From: an uncultured delta proteobacterium
GTDB lineage: Bacteria; Desulfobacterota; Binatia; UBA9968
DNA length: 64,000 nucleotides
Direction: 5' to 3'
Assembly: GCA_963760795.1 (NCBI GenBank)
Contig: CAVXEP010000013.1
Location: 244,919-308,918 of the forward strand
Under the pieces are notes generated by a model, which saw nothing but the letters and a program-made list of their open reading frames with translations, had not been told where the DNA came from and did no database searches. A program made the translations under genes and the position numbers. Positions within the stretch are counted from its first letter, which is position 1. Every line of letters begins with the position of its first letter. This document shows, piece by piece, positions 11,270 to 21,516 of this stretch.

Positions 11270-12352
11270 TCATTTGATTATCCTAGTCGCCCGCGCCAGA
11301 ACCTCCGGCGCAATCGTCAAACCGATCTGTTTCGCCGTCTTGAGATTGATCACAAACTCGAACTTCATCGGCTGCTCCACCGGCAGGTCGGCGGGCTTGG
11401 CTCCCTTCAAAATCCTGTCGATGTAATATGCGACTCGCCGGTAGCTGTCCGCGAAGTCCGCTCCGTAGTACATCAGCCCACCCGCATCTACAAATTCGAT
11501 GCTCTGGTACACCGACGGCAACCGGCTCTTTAACGCAAGGCCGACGATCCGTTTTGTGTTAGCACGCAAGACTGAGCCCGCGCTGGACACATAGAGTCCA
11601 TCAGGGCGCTGTTTGCCCAACGCAGCGAATACCCTGTCGAAATCGTCCACAGTGCGTACCTCCCACGGCTGAAGAGTCAACTTCAGCGCACGCGCCGCCA
11701 CTGGGAGAACTTCTTTCACCTCGCGTACGCTAGCCGGAGTTGACACACTGCCCGGATCGTAGAGAAACGCGACACGAGCAAGTTTGGGAACCGCTTCTTT
11801 GAGCAGCTCCAACCGCTTCCCGCCAAGTTCTTGGCTAAGGTTTGTAATGCCGGTGACGTTGCCGCCGGGACGGGCAAGGCTTTCAACGAAGCCTGCCTCG
11901 ACAGGATCGACCCCTCCGCCCACCATAACGATGGGAATTGTCTTGGTGGCATTCATGGCCGCCAGGATCGGCCCACCCCCTCTTGCTACCACGATGATTT
12001 CGACCTTGAGATGCACCAGCTCGGCCGCAAGCTCGGGGATCCGATCGCGCTTCCCCTCCGCAAATCGGTATTCGGTGGCGATGTTCTGTCCCTCGATGTA
12101 GCCGCGCTCGCGCAGGGCCAGCCGAATTGCCTCGGCACGGGCGGAGTCACTAACTGCATCGCCCGGCGATAGATACCCTATCCGCGGGACTTTCTTCGGC
12201 TGCTGAGACTCAACCCCGCCTTCCAATCCTACGAACGCGATAACGAGGGCGAGCAACCCTAGCCATTTTGGATCGCGGATTTTAATCCGCGGGGCCGCTT
12301 TTGGATTACCGGAAAAAGAATCGGAAACTCGCTTCGAAGCAATTATTTTCAT
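11270..12352 (-). CDS. ABC transporter substrate-binding protein (ABC_sub_bind type)
   Basis: 'PRIGYL...GYIEGQNI', 'SLARPGGNVTG', 'GGLMYYG', terminal 'PEVLARATRIIK'. ATG at 12352. Confidence 0.9.
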   Translation of the reverse strand: MKIIASKRVSDSFSGNPKAAPRIKIRDPKWLGLLALVIAFVGLEGGVESQQPKKVPRIGYLSPGDAVSDSARAEAIRLALRERGYIEGQNIATEYRFAEGKRDRIPELAAELVHLKVEIIVVARGGGPILAAMNATKTIPIVMVGGGVDPVEAGFVESLARPGGNVTGITNLSQELGGKRLELLKEAVPKLARVAFLYDPGSVSTPASVREVKEVLPVAARALKLTLQPWEVRTVDDFDRVFAALGKQRPDGLYVSSAGSVLRANTKRIVGLALKSRLPSVYQSIEFVDAGGLMYYGADFADSYRRVAYYIDRILKGAKPADLPVEQPMKFEFVINLKTAKQIGLTIAPEVLARATRIIK

Positions 12353-12392
12353 GCGTCTTATTCCCCCATCCAAAATCGAAAATCCAAAATTA

Positions 12393-13066
12393 ATCGCGGT
12401 AGGGACGGTCATTGCTGACCGCCCCCCGCACAGACCCGTACGTGCGGCGCTACCGCATACGGTTCTTACCTCGGATGTTGACGTGCAAAGCTACACGTAC
12501 ACCCAGCAATCCGCGCGACCTGGCTACGAACGGTTTCCCGTCCGAGTTCCGGCTCTGTGTCCGGTCCAGTAGCGATTGCTCGGTGTTCTCCTTGGTCAGT
12601 CCCCTTCCCTCCGCCAACTCCGCAGGCAGCGCCACGCCGCCCTTGTTCGCTGGTTTCTTCGGTACTATGGAACTGTATGACTCCCCGTTAACGTGCATGT
12701 CGGGATTGTGGCCTCGCGCCTTCTCCGACCGTTCCGCTTCTGTTGTAGAAACGGAAGTCACCGGGGTCTCTCGGCTTCCGTGAGAAAAGTTTCCAACCGT
12801 GCCAGTGGTCTTTGACTCCGTGGGGGTCCCATCGAACTTGCCAATATCGCTCGACATGACTGTTGCCTTCCCCATATCAAGATAAGGTCGGCCTCCACAA
12901 AAGGGTGTTTTCGGAGCTCAATACACCGCCCGGTTGTACCTCTGTGAACGCTTCGCCCTGCCGGTTGCCCGACACTGCGCATCACTCGAGGCCAAGGCGA
13001 CTGGCTAGGTCTTACCTCGTACGACTCTTTCATTCGCTACCTTCCTCCGGCTTTTGCCGACGCTTC
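12393..13066 (-). mobile_element. ORF-less group II intron (IIB-like), IEP internally deleted
   Basis: Minus strand: domain V GAACCGTATGCGGTAGCGCCGCACGTACGGGTC (12465-12433); domain VI GGGGCGGTCAGCAATGACCGTCCCTACCGCGAT ending at 12393; domain I motifs. EBS1 CTTGAT (12881-12876) is complementary to the 5' exon end ATCAAG. No RT motifs. Confidence 0.9.
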
Positions 13067-13105
13067 CTTGATGACCTTATTCGCTCGCGTGAGCACCATC
13101 GGCGG
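13067..13105 (-). pseudogene. 3'-terminal relic of an ABC_sub_bind SBP gene (intron 5' exon)
   Basis: Encodes PPMVLTRANKVIK, matching the family C-terminus. Removing the intron places TAA (12392-12390) directly after the last Lys codon. Confidence 0.8.
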
Positions 13106-13180
13106 ATTTGCTCAGCCAAACGAATGCGCTTGACCTATGTCCCCCTTGCTCTTAGAATTCCCTCGTAGGAGGTTTTTCCA

Positions 13181-13399
13181 ATGAGAGCGATAAAAATCCA
13201 TGTGCCAGATACCCTGCTGCGCAAGCTGCCTAAGAGCCAAGCCGAGAGAAAAGAAGTTGTAAGATTGGGACTGCAGCGCTTCACTTCGCGTCGGCGCAAG
13301 AAAGCGCGTAGCGTTGTAGACGATACTTTTGCCGCGCTGGCCGTCCGAAACCATGCCAAAATAGAGCAGCTGATTGAGCAAACAAAATATGGCGATTAG
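13181..13399 (+). CDS. Putative antitoxin (VapB-like)
   Basis: 72-aa ORF with GGAGG RBS, overlapping the downstream PIN gene. Confidence 0.7.
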   Translation: MRAIKIHVPDTLLRKLPKSQAERKEVVRLGLQRFTSRRRKKARSVVDDTFAALAVRNHAKIEQLIEQTKYGD

Positions 13400-13886
13400 A
13401 TCCCTGGAGGATGTCCCGGATGAATCAAATATTTTTGTTGATACCAATATTCTCATCTATCACCTGCTTGACGATGAGTTGTATGGGGTCTCCTGCCGAG
13501 ATTTTCTCAAGCGAGTGGAGACTGGCTCGGTCATAGCGTTAACTTCGCCCATTGTCGCTTCCGAAACTCTGTTCATTTATCTTCGCGCTTGGCTTATCAA
13601 AAACAAGAAGATCGCTCCCAAACGTGTCCTTCGTTATCTCAAGCGCCATCGAGCGGCGGTCAAGGAAGTGGACTTTCATAAGCCACTGGCTCTGCTCGCC
13701 CTCATGCGGATCCTTCCCCTTAGTAAGGACGTCATGCAGACCTCCTATGACTTGATGACGCGCTACCAATTGCTCCCTGCCGATTCCATCGACGCCGCTC
13801 TTATTCGCCGCCACCATCTAGCGGCTCTGGCCACTCGCGACGACGACTTTGATCTTGTTGAGAGTCTCGATGTGTACAAGCCTTGA
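13389..13886 (+). CDS. vapC: PIN-domain toxin
   Basis: 'IFVDTNILIY', 'E', 'D', 'LATRDDDF' acidic PIN residues. Confidence 0.88.
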   Translation: MAIRSLEDVPDESNIFVDTNILIYHLLDDELYGVSCRDFLKRVETGSVIALTSPIVASETLFIYLRAWLIKNKKIAPKRVLRYLKRHRAAVKEVDFHKPLALLALMRILPLSKDVMQTSYDLMTRYQLLPADSIDAALIRRHHLAALATRDDDFDLVESLDVYKP

Positions 13887-13905
13887 ATCGCGTTTTGTTG
13901 GCCGC

Positions 13906-14000
13906 TTTTGGATTTTCGATTGTCGGATCGAAGCCCGCTAATTGCAATCCGAAACTTCTTTGTCATGTTCTAGCCCCCCCCAAAATCCACAATCGACAAT
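13906..14000. repeat. Heptamer-periodic inverted repeat (TTTTGGA/TTTTCGA family)
   Basis: TTTTGGATTTTCGATTGTCGGAT ... AAAATCCACAATCGACAAT. Related copies at 12370, 24096-24195 and 25269. Confidence 0.6.
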
Positions 14001-14026
14001 TATTTATTTATGCCCCAGTCTATCAC

Positions 14027-14878
14027 TCACACTGGCTCCGGCAGCTCTTCGTTTTCAAAATCGATGACGATCTCCCAGCCGTGACGGGAAAACACTCGAT
14101 GCGCTGCTTCGGTTCCTTCCAACTTCAGCCCGAGCTCTTCGGCCATCTTGAGAGCGTTGCCGGTGCGGCCGGGACGCAGTCTCAGGCGGTGTTTCTTTTC
14201 GCCAAGGTTGAAAACCCCGTCGACCAACTCATCGAGTCGCCAGGTCTGCGCGCAGCCCGCCGACGCGGCGCGGGCGAACATCTGCAACGGCAATCCCATT
14301 TTCTCCGCCAGCAACATGCCTTCGTAAATCGCCAGCTCGGACATCGCCTGCATCATCTGATTGATTTTCTTGCCCACCTGGCCGTTACCGTTGACGCCCA
14401 GGTAAGTGACCATCCTGCCGATTTGTTGGAGCACCGGCAGACAGCGCTGGTAGGCTTGATAACTGCCGCCGACAAAGAGCGTCAGGTTGCCGTTGGTGGC
14501 GCCGATGTCCGCGCCGCTCAGCGGCGCGTCGAGCATTTCAATGCCGCGCGCGCGCAATGCATCGGATACTTTGATCGCCAACTCCTGCGAGGTGCTGCTG
14601 AGATCGACGAAGACCAACCCCGGGTTCTTCGCCGCAGCAATGCCGTCGGCGCCGCAGGCAACTTTCTCGACGTCGTCAGGCTGCAGCGACGCGAGGACAA
14701 TGGTGGAACGTTCGGCAACTTCGCGCGGCGTCGCCGCCGTCGTCGCGCCTTCTTTGATGAGCCCCGCCATCCTGTCCGCGGCCAAATCGAGAATCGTCAA
14801 CGGATAGCCGGCGCGCAACAGCCGCAACGCAATCGCGCCGCCCATATTACCCAAGCCGATAAAGCCGAGGCGTTCCAA
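14027..14878 (-). CDS. NAD(P)-dependent beta-hydroxyacid dehydrogenase (3-hydroxyisobutyrate DH family)
   Basis: 'GFIGLGNMG', 'DAPLSG', 'GNGQVGKKINQ'. Confidence 0.88.
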   Translation of the reverse strand: MERLGFIGLGNMGGAIALRLLRAGYPLTILDLAADRMAGLIKEGATTAATPREVAERSTIVLASLQPDDVEKVACGADGIAAAKNPGLVFVDLSSTSQELAIKVSDALRARGIEMLDAPLSGADIGATNGNLTLFVGGSYQAYQRCLPVLQQIGRMVTYLGVNGNGQVGKKINQMMQAMSELAIYEGMLLAEKMGLPLQMFARAASAGCAQTWRLDELVDGVFNLGEKKHRLRLRPGRTGNALKMAEELGLKLEGTEAAHRVFSRHGWEIVIDFENEELPEPV

Positions 14879-15106
14879 AGGAGCGGTAAATTTTTATATT
14901 TTCATCGCTTTGGTCCCATCAAATTTGCAAATCTCCTCGGCTCGAGATTTCTCTCTCCGTTCGAAATGACAACGTTCACCCTTTGCGCCTTCGCGTCCCT
15001 GTCGACCTCGCTCAGGACAGACTTTGCGAGAGATAATCCGAGACTAACCGGTGCGCAAGCGCACCTCGAAACCTGTGGCGTTCGTATTACCATAGTTGAA
15101 AGCGCC

Positions 15107-15136
15107 GTAGAGGGCGGGTTTCAAACCCGCCAATAC
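15107..15136 (+). repeat. GTAG-type REP-like palindrome
   Basis: GTAGAGGGCGGGTTTCAAACCCGCC. Related elements at 28515, 34780 and 47437. Confidence 0.6.
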
Positions 15137-15265
15137 GAATCCCGATGCTTTTTTTGCGTACTTTGCGGTTAAGAATCCGATTCCTAATGGCGGGCTAGAA
15201 AGCCCGCCCGCCCTTATTTCTTTGTGCCCTTTGTGCCCTTTGTGGTTAAAATTCTTCTCCGCCGA

Positions 15266-16472
15266 TCAGATTTGCTCCGACTGCTGCTGCAACTCAGCCA
15301 GCAACGATTTCATTTCCTCTGGAACTGCGTCCACCGGATACTGTTCGACGCCGATGTCGAGATCGACCACGGCGAGATCCTCTTGCAGCACGCCCTTGGG
15401 CTTTTCGCCATTGGCGACCGCGGCGACGCCGTCGCGAATCATCTTGCGCAAAAGCAAAATAGCCCGGTCGCCGTAGCCGGGATGTTCGAGAGTGCGGTCG
15501 ACGATGGCGCCTTGGCTTTCCACCATCGCTTTGTCTTCCAACGGCACGTTGCCGCGGATCTCGCCGTAGAAACGCCGGTCATAAGATTTTCTCTCGCGCT
15601 GTTTCGCCTGCTTGACGTAGCCGCCGTGATAGCTTTTTTCCTCGGGGGTCTCGGGATAGACCGTGATGCGCATCTCCTCGCAATGAGTGTCATCGATGGG
15701 AATCACCCAGATCGCCTGCTGTAACGTCACCGTCTGCTCGCCCGGATTTTTCGGGTAAAGTTCACGGGATTTACGATTGATCGTCGGCAGCACTGTGCAT
15801 CTCTTGCGCAGTGCGATGTGATTAGGCTTTGCCCGCGGATCGAGGATGTAAAGTTTCACGCCGTACTCGCCTTCCACCGGTTTAAAAGCGGGACAATTTT
15901 TGTAGATACCATGCAGATAGGTCAGATGCGTCGTGTCGGTGGTATTTTCGACGCCCTGGAGCCAGTTACAGTGATAAGCTTTACCGGCTTCGGCGTCGCC
16001 CCGTTCGACGACCCGGTAGCCGTCTTGTATCAGCACGTCGTACCTTGGCAGCGGCGGTGGGCTGTCCGTTCCCAAGTAGGCAAAGACAAATCCGCCGAGT
16101 TCTTGGACGGGATACCAAGGATGGCGAATATTCGGCGCGCTCTTGATCGGCTCGGCAGGCCGGTCGACCACATTGCCGCGGCGGTCGTAGCACCAGCCAT
16201 GATAGGCGCAGCGAATGCCGTCGGCTTGAATGATGCCGTATTCCAGTGACGCGCGCCGATGCGAGCAGTAGGCGCCAAGCAGCACGAGCGCACCGGAGAG
16301 ATCTCTGAACAGCACTAGCTCCTCGCCGAGAATCTTCACCGGTACGGGAATATCCTTAACCTCTTCCGACAAGCGCCACCGGCCACCAAAAGCAGCGCAA
16401 GTAATTGCCGCCCGGCGTGCCTGGCCCGACGCGAACGACTTCATCCCAGGTAAGATCGCTTGGTTTGATCAT
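15266..16472 (-). CDS. Rieske non-heme iron oxygenase, phthalate 4,5-dioxygenase-like (frameshift near 5' end)
   Basis: Rieske 'CSHR...CAYHGW' and iron motif 'ENTTDTTHLTYLH'. Likely true start ATG 16472 (MIKPSDLTWDEVVRVGPGTPGG) behind GAGGAG. Confidence 0.85.
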
Positions 16473-16504
16473 AAGCCTGTCTCCTCTTCAGCGACAATCA
16501 CTCT

Positions 16505-16588
16505 TTCACCACGAAGGCACGAAGGACACGAAGTTTTCGGACATTTAAAACTCCGACCTTCGTGCATCTTCGTGTCCTTCGTGGTGAA
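16505..16588. repeat. Intergenic hairpin of (CACGAAG)n/(CTTCGTG)n units
   Basis: TTCACCACGAAGGCACGAAGGACACGAAG ... CTTCGTGCATCTTCGTGTCCTTCGTGGTGAA. Related copy at 22854-22922. Confidence 0.7.
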
Positions 16589-16690
16589 CAGGTCCCTTTC
16601 CGAACTTTCGCCCCCTTTGCGTTCTTTGCGGCCATTCTCGGCATCCGAATCTTCTTCCGCCAACGATTTGACCGGCTGGAACAAGTTTGC

Positions 16691-17817
16691 TTATTTGTTC
16701 GCCATCTCACTGACCAAATCCGTGATCGCCCGATCGGTCCCACACCGCCGGTCCCCAGAGCCGGATATAGTTCACGCCCTTTTGCCGCTGCGCCCAGGCC
16801 GGCAGATGCTCTTTCGGAATATCTTCGCGCAGCGAATTATAGCCGGGCTCGCCAGCACCGGTTTTCTGCACGGCCATCTGTCCTTCGCGCGAGAGAAACC
16901 AATTGATCAGCACCTTGGCCGCGTTGGGATGCGGCGCTTTGTTGGCGAGCGCGATCATGGTGCCGCCGGCTTCCAAACCGACGCCATCTTTTTTCATCAC
17001 GTGAGCATCGAGCACCTCGACGGGCAGCCCCTTGCTTTTGGCTTCTTCGAGCTGCTCCGGTTTAGCCGTAATCGCCAGGGGAAACCTACCCGAGGCGATC
17101 CAATCGAGTCTGCTGTCCCTCGTTACGGATCAGCGTCAGGCCGGCCACGGTGAAAAGCTTTTTGATGAATTCCGGTCCCAGCTGCGGGTTGTGGTAGAGA
17201 AACAGCAAGGGACTGGCGCCGCCCGGATCGCGCGGGTCTTTGAGGGTGATCTTGCCTTTCCATCTTGGATCCAACAGATCGGCGTAGGCGCGCAGGCTTT
17301 GGCCGTCGACGAGTTTCGGATTGTAACCGAGCAGGTGCAACGGGAAGGCGGCGTAGATAAACACATACTGGTTGTCGACATCGTTGTAGTGATGCCGTCC
17401 CTCGAGCCACTTCGATGCATCTTTGACTTCCGGCAGCATGAACGCGGCGCCGATCGGGTCGAGCGCCTTGGCTTTGTACAGCGACGTGCTGGTGCCGCCG
17501 CCGAGCCGCACCACGTCGGCGAGAAATTTTCCCGCGCGCCGCTCGGCCAGCAGTCGCTGCAAATGTTGCGCAGCCGTGGCTTGAACTAAGTTGACTTTGA
17601 TTCTCGGATACTTTTTTTGAAACGCATGCCACTCCGAATCGCTGGAGATCTTGTAGACCACCACCTGCCCTTCCTGCTCGGCGGCTTTGACCGTCCGCTC
17701 CCATTCGCTGTCAGGAGCTGCGGGGGGTTCCGCCGAGCGCCCGGGCCGCGGCGCCAACAGTACGAGGTGGAGAACCAACAGCGCCAGTAGTTTAACCCGC
17801 GGGCCTTGATGGATCAT
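16691..17817 (-). CDS. Extracellular solute-binding protein (AfuA/Fe3+-like cluster), frameshifted
   Basis: Fragments 17086-17817 and 16707-17015 carry 'AAEQEGQVVVY', 'AERRAGK' and 'APHPNAAKVLINWFLSREGQ'. Stop TAA at 16691. Confidence 0.8.
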
Positions 17818-17842
17818 CGAGGGTCCTCCTTAAGAAAGCCGC

Positions 17843-18855
17843 TCAGAGATCGAGCGTGGCCGGCGCGAACAGTTCCTCGATTTTCGGTTTCTGCGGAATC
17901 AAGCCCTGCTCATGGGAGTAGTCGATGATGGTTTCGAGCATCGGCCGGTTCGCCTTGAGGCCGTAGGGGAAAGGATCGTCGCCGAGAATCTCTTTGGTTT
18001 TGGCGAGATATTCGCGGCCGAAAAACAGTCCCGACGGCAGGCTTTCGCTGAGGCGATCTTGGTAGACTTGCTTCGCGCTGACAAACGCCTTGTACAGATT
18101 GAACGCCAGCCAGGGATATTTTCTGTCGACATCGCCGCGGATGGCGTACGCATGATTCGCCGGCACATAGCCATGCTGCTTGATGAACCGGGCCGCTTCG
18201 GCCATGCGGTCGGGAAACAGCGGCTTGACCTTGCTCCAGTCGCCGCCCTGGGCGCGGATATGGGTCGAGCGGTCGATGATGTTCGATTCGCGCGAAAAAG
18301 CCCGGGTCACCGAGGCGACATCGATCTCGTGGTTGACCAGCATCGATGCGATACTTTTGTCAGGGGGGATCTTGTGGAAGGCGATTCCCTTAGGCGGGGT
18401 AAAGCCGGTGGCGCCGCCATGGCTCAACTCATCGGTGCGCTCCATGTACCAATCGACCTTGTACTGCGACACACCGAAGTCATGTTCCAGCGTGCCGCGC
18501 ACCCAGAGCGAGGCGGTCTGCTGGTATTCGCCGACGCCGATGCGCTTGCCGGTTACATCTCCCGGCGCCCGGATTCCGGAATCGACGTGATAGGAAAGCT
18601 CCGCGTGCATGAAGCGGCGCGACGGGAAGACCGGGATCGCCACGAAATCCATGCCGCGCGATCTGGCGATCAGATAGGACGACAGCGACATCTCCGAGAT
18701 TTCAAATTCCTGAAACTTGAGCTGGCGCCAAAAAGTTTCCGACGGATCGGAATAGGTCGGCATCAGCTCGACCCCTTCAGGTTGGATGCTGCCATCCATC
18801 AAAGGTTGGACGCGCTCGTTGAACGCCGAAACAAAACTCAATCTAGTCGCGGCAT
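17843..18855 (-). CDS. 4,5-dihydroxyphthalate decarboxylase-like protein
   Basis: 'ETFWRQL..QEFEISEMSLSSY', 'IPVFPSR.F.H', 'EYQQTA..W.RG', 'DPFPYGL..NR'. ATG at 18855 with GGAGG; indel just after the start. Confidence 0.85.
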
Positions 18856-18871
18856 GAAACCTCCGGTTTCG

Positions 18872-18950
18872 GTTCAAAGTTCAAGGGTTCAAGGTCGGAG
18901 CGCCTTCCGAGTTCCGAACCTTGAACTTTTGAACGCTTGAACCTTTGAAC
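18872..18950. repeat. Intergenic hairpin of (GTTCAA)n/(TTGAAC)n units
   Basis: GTTCAAAGTTCAAGGGTTCAAGG ... CCTTGAACTTTTGAACGCTTGAACCTTTGAAC. Related half-copies at 34870 and 37336. Confidence 0.7.
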
Positions 18951-18971
18951 AGAAGTAGTCGCGCGGCGCGA

Positions 18972-20072
18972 CTACTTCTGCGTGCACCCCGGATGATAGG
19001 GCATGTTGCACTTGGCGCCGGCGGCTTTCATCGCCGCCTCGAAGTCTTTGTGGATCTGCGGATCCTCGTCTTCGAACTCGATCTGGTTGCCGCCGAGTTT
19101 CAAGCTTGTATAGGTGCCGCCTTCGCCGTCCGTTGAGCGCAAGAAGCGGTAGCGCCAGTTGTTCCAACGCAAGGCGAGATAGCGCGCCGGGGCCGCGCCG
19201 GAATTAAAATGCTGGTGGAACCATTGATCCGGCGGCACGACGACACTGCCCGGCCCCCAATCGACGCGCTCGGGCTCGCCATCTTTCCACAACACCGAAT
19301 AACCCTGGCCGGAAAGAATGATCACATGGGCGCCGGGGCCGTGGCGATGGCCTTTCTTGTAGGTGCCCACGGGGAACTCGGAGATATGCGCGCCCATGGT
19401 GTTGCGCGCCAGGTCGAACTTCATGTTGGTGCTGCCCTTGCCGCGCTCATCGTAATTAGTCAGCTTGAGCGTGTGGGTATCGGGGACAAAATTGGTGGTC
19501 ATGAAAAAGCGCCCGGTGATCGTCCCCTCGCCGTTGAAGTAACCTTCGGTGTGCGGATCGAAGCGGTCGGTGAAAACGTAATCGCTGTTAAAAATGTAAT
19601 CGCTGTTGTGAAACAGGTTCATCATGAAGCAAGAGTTAGTCACCGCAAAATAACGCGCGGTCTCGCTGCCGCTGGCGTTGAAGTGCTGGTAGTCGGCGTT
19701 GATCGGGATCGCGAACATGCTGCCCGGCCCCCACTCGAACGTATGCTTCTTCTTGCCGTCGCGCTGCCATACCGTGGTCGCGCCGTAGCCTTTGGAGACG
19801 TAGACCATTTCCTCGTACATATGTTTCTGCGGTTTGGTCTTGCCGCCGGCGGGGATCTCACAAACATAGCCATCGTTGGTGCCGCCGGTGCCGTCGAGCA
19901 CGACAAAGGAACAAGGCACGCCTTTCAAATCCCAAGGCTCCACGGGAACCTGGTTGACGTCCTTGACGAAGAAACCGCGAATACAAGGAATCCGTTGCTC
20001 CGCCTGCCAAACCTTATAAGTGTCGAGCCGATCCGGCTTGAGATCGGCCGGTTGCGTGTTCATTTCGGCCAT
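18972..20072 (-). CDS. Bicupin protein (gentisate 1,2-dioxygenase-like)
   Basis: Two cupin motifs 'QKHMYEEMVY...YQHFN' and 'GHRHGPG...FHQHFN'. AGGAGG RBS. Confidence 0.8.
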   Translation of the reverse strand: MAEMNTQPADLKPDRLDTYKVWQAEQRIPCIRGFFVKDVNQVPVEPWDLKGVPCSFVVLDGTGGTNDGYVCEIPAGGKTKPQKHMYEEMVYVSKGYGATTVWQRDGKKKHTFEWGPGSMFAIPINADYQHFNASGSETARYFAVTNSCFMMNLFHNSDYIFNSDYVFTDRFDPHTEGYFNGEGTITGRFFMTTNFVPDTHTLKLTNYDERGKGSTNMKFDLARNTMGAHISEFPVGTYKKGHRHGPGAHVIILSGQGYSVLWKDGEPERVDWGPGSVVVPPDQWFHQHFNSGAAPARYLALRWNNWRYRFLRSTDGEGGTYTSLKLGGNQIEFEDEDPQIHKDFEAAMKAAGAKCNMPYHPGCTQK

Positions 20073-20165
20073 TGAAACTTCCTCCTGATATCTTCCTGGC
20101 TGCGTTCGATTTATCGCTGATGCCGTCCGATTGTCATGCGAAAGCAAAACTTAAAGGCGAAATCC

Positions 20166-21332
20166 TCACGCCACCTTCTTCTCTTTAACAGAAATCCCGA
20201 TGCGCTGGTTGATCACTTCGAACTCGATCAAACGATTCTTTTGCGCATCGCGCACCACGCCGAGCGGTTCGCCGCCGTTGCGCACCGTGTCGATCTGTTC
20301 GCGCAGGATTTTTCTCAGCAGGATGATGCCCTCGTCGCCGACGCCCAAATGCTCCTGGGTGCGATCCGTCGGCGCGCCTTGGGTTTCCCAGGCCATGGCG
20401 TCTTGCGCCAGCACGTGATCGAGCCGGTACTCGCCCTTGTCGTCGCGAATGCGAAAAAACTCCCAGGGCGTATCGCCGTCCGCCGGCGAGCGGTCGGTGT
20501 CGTTGGGCGAAAAATAAACTACGAATACCTGCGTATGGGCATCGTCCACCGGCACGCGGATCTGCAAATTATGACGCACCCGGCCTTCGAACAGCTGCTC
20601 CCGGAACACATGGCGCAGCGTGCTCGGGAACAATAGCGGATGCTGGTCGACCACCGGCGCGTCGCCGGGTTTTCTGCCGGGCGTGATGCGCCGCTTCATG
20701 ATGCCGTACTCGAACGGCGTGAAGCTATGGTCCTCTTCATAGTGGTCCACGCTCGGCGCTAAATGCGCGGTGTCGCCGTGCAGCCAAAACAGATGGGACG
20801 GGTCGACGGAGTTTTCCGTCGGCTGGAGCCAGTTGCAGTTATAAACTTCGTGCTTCTCGATCCAGCGGTAACCGTCCTCCCACACCAAGACATCCCAGCG
20901 CGGCAAGAGCGGCCGCGGCTCCGGTCCCATGTAGGTCCAGATCAATCCGCCCAAGCGCTCGGCTGGATAAGCCGTATGTTTGATCTTGTCTTTGAAACCG
21001 CCGTCAACCGGTTCCGCCGGCTGTTCGAGACATTTTCCCGTACAGTCGAATTTCCAACCGTGATACGGACAGCGGATGCCTTCGGCATCGACGCGGCCGA
21101 AAGCTAACGAAGCTTTTCGGTGCGGGCATTGTTCGGCGACCACACCGTAGCGGCCGCTTTGGTCGCGATAGACCACCAGATTTTCGCCCATCAGCCGAAA
21201 CGCTTTGATCGGCTTCTCCTCGGTCAATTCGCCGGCGCAGGCCACCGGCATCCAGTAGCGCCGCAAATACTCGCCGCCCGGCGTGCCGCGGCCGACTTGC
21301 GTCAGCGTTTCGTTTTCTTCACGTGTGAGCAT
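20166..21332 (-). CDS. Rieske non-heme iron oxygenase, phthalate 4,5-dioxygenase-like
   Basis: 'MLTREENETLT.VG.GTP', 'CPHR...CPYHGW', 'ENSVDPSHLFWLH'. Confidence 0.92.
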   Translation of the reverse strand: MLTREENETLTQVGRGTPGGEYLRRYWMPVACAGELTEEKPIKAFRLMGENLVVYRDQSGRYGVVAEQCPHRKASLAFGRVDAEGIRCPYHGWKFDCTGKCLEQPAEPVDGGFKDKIKHTAYPAERLGGLIWTYMGPEPRPLLPRWDVLVWEDGYRWIEKHEVYNCNWLQPTENSVDPSHLFWLHGDTAHLAPSVDHYEEDHSFTPFEYGIMKRRITPGRKPGDAPVVDQHPLLFPSTLRHVFREQLFEGRVRHNLQIRVPVDDAHTQVFVVYFSPNDTDRSPADGDTPWEFFRIRDDKGEYRLDHVLAQDAMAWETQGAPTDRTQEHLGVGDEGIILLRKILREQIDTVRNGGEPLGVVRDAQKNRLIEFEVINQRIGISVKEKKVA

Positions 21333-21396
21333 GTTTCACCTCTCGCATGAAAGCCCATCTGCTCAACTATCGCTTGGCTTTCCGTCCCTCTTACTT

Positions 21397-21489
21397 CCTC
21401 TCCCTCTGGGAGAGGATCGAGGTGAGGGCTCTTTCATGGCGACCGAATCGGAATTGCCCTCACCCTAGCCCTCTCCCAAAGGGCGAGGG
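21397..21489. repeat. REP-like composite palindrome (CCTCTCCC..GGGAGAGG..GGTGAGGG / CCCTCACC)
   Basis: Near-identical copy at 38594-38680; partial copy near 40001-40036. Confidence 0.7.
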
Positions 21490-21516
21490 TGAATACGCAT
21501 CGCGTCTCGAATGAGC

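Noticed and set aside
12412-13168. ORFs 12450-12875, 12758-13033, 12412-12783 and 12863-13168 as proteins
   Set aside because: They are incidental translations of intron RNA domains and contain no RT motifs.
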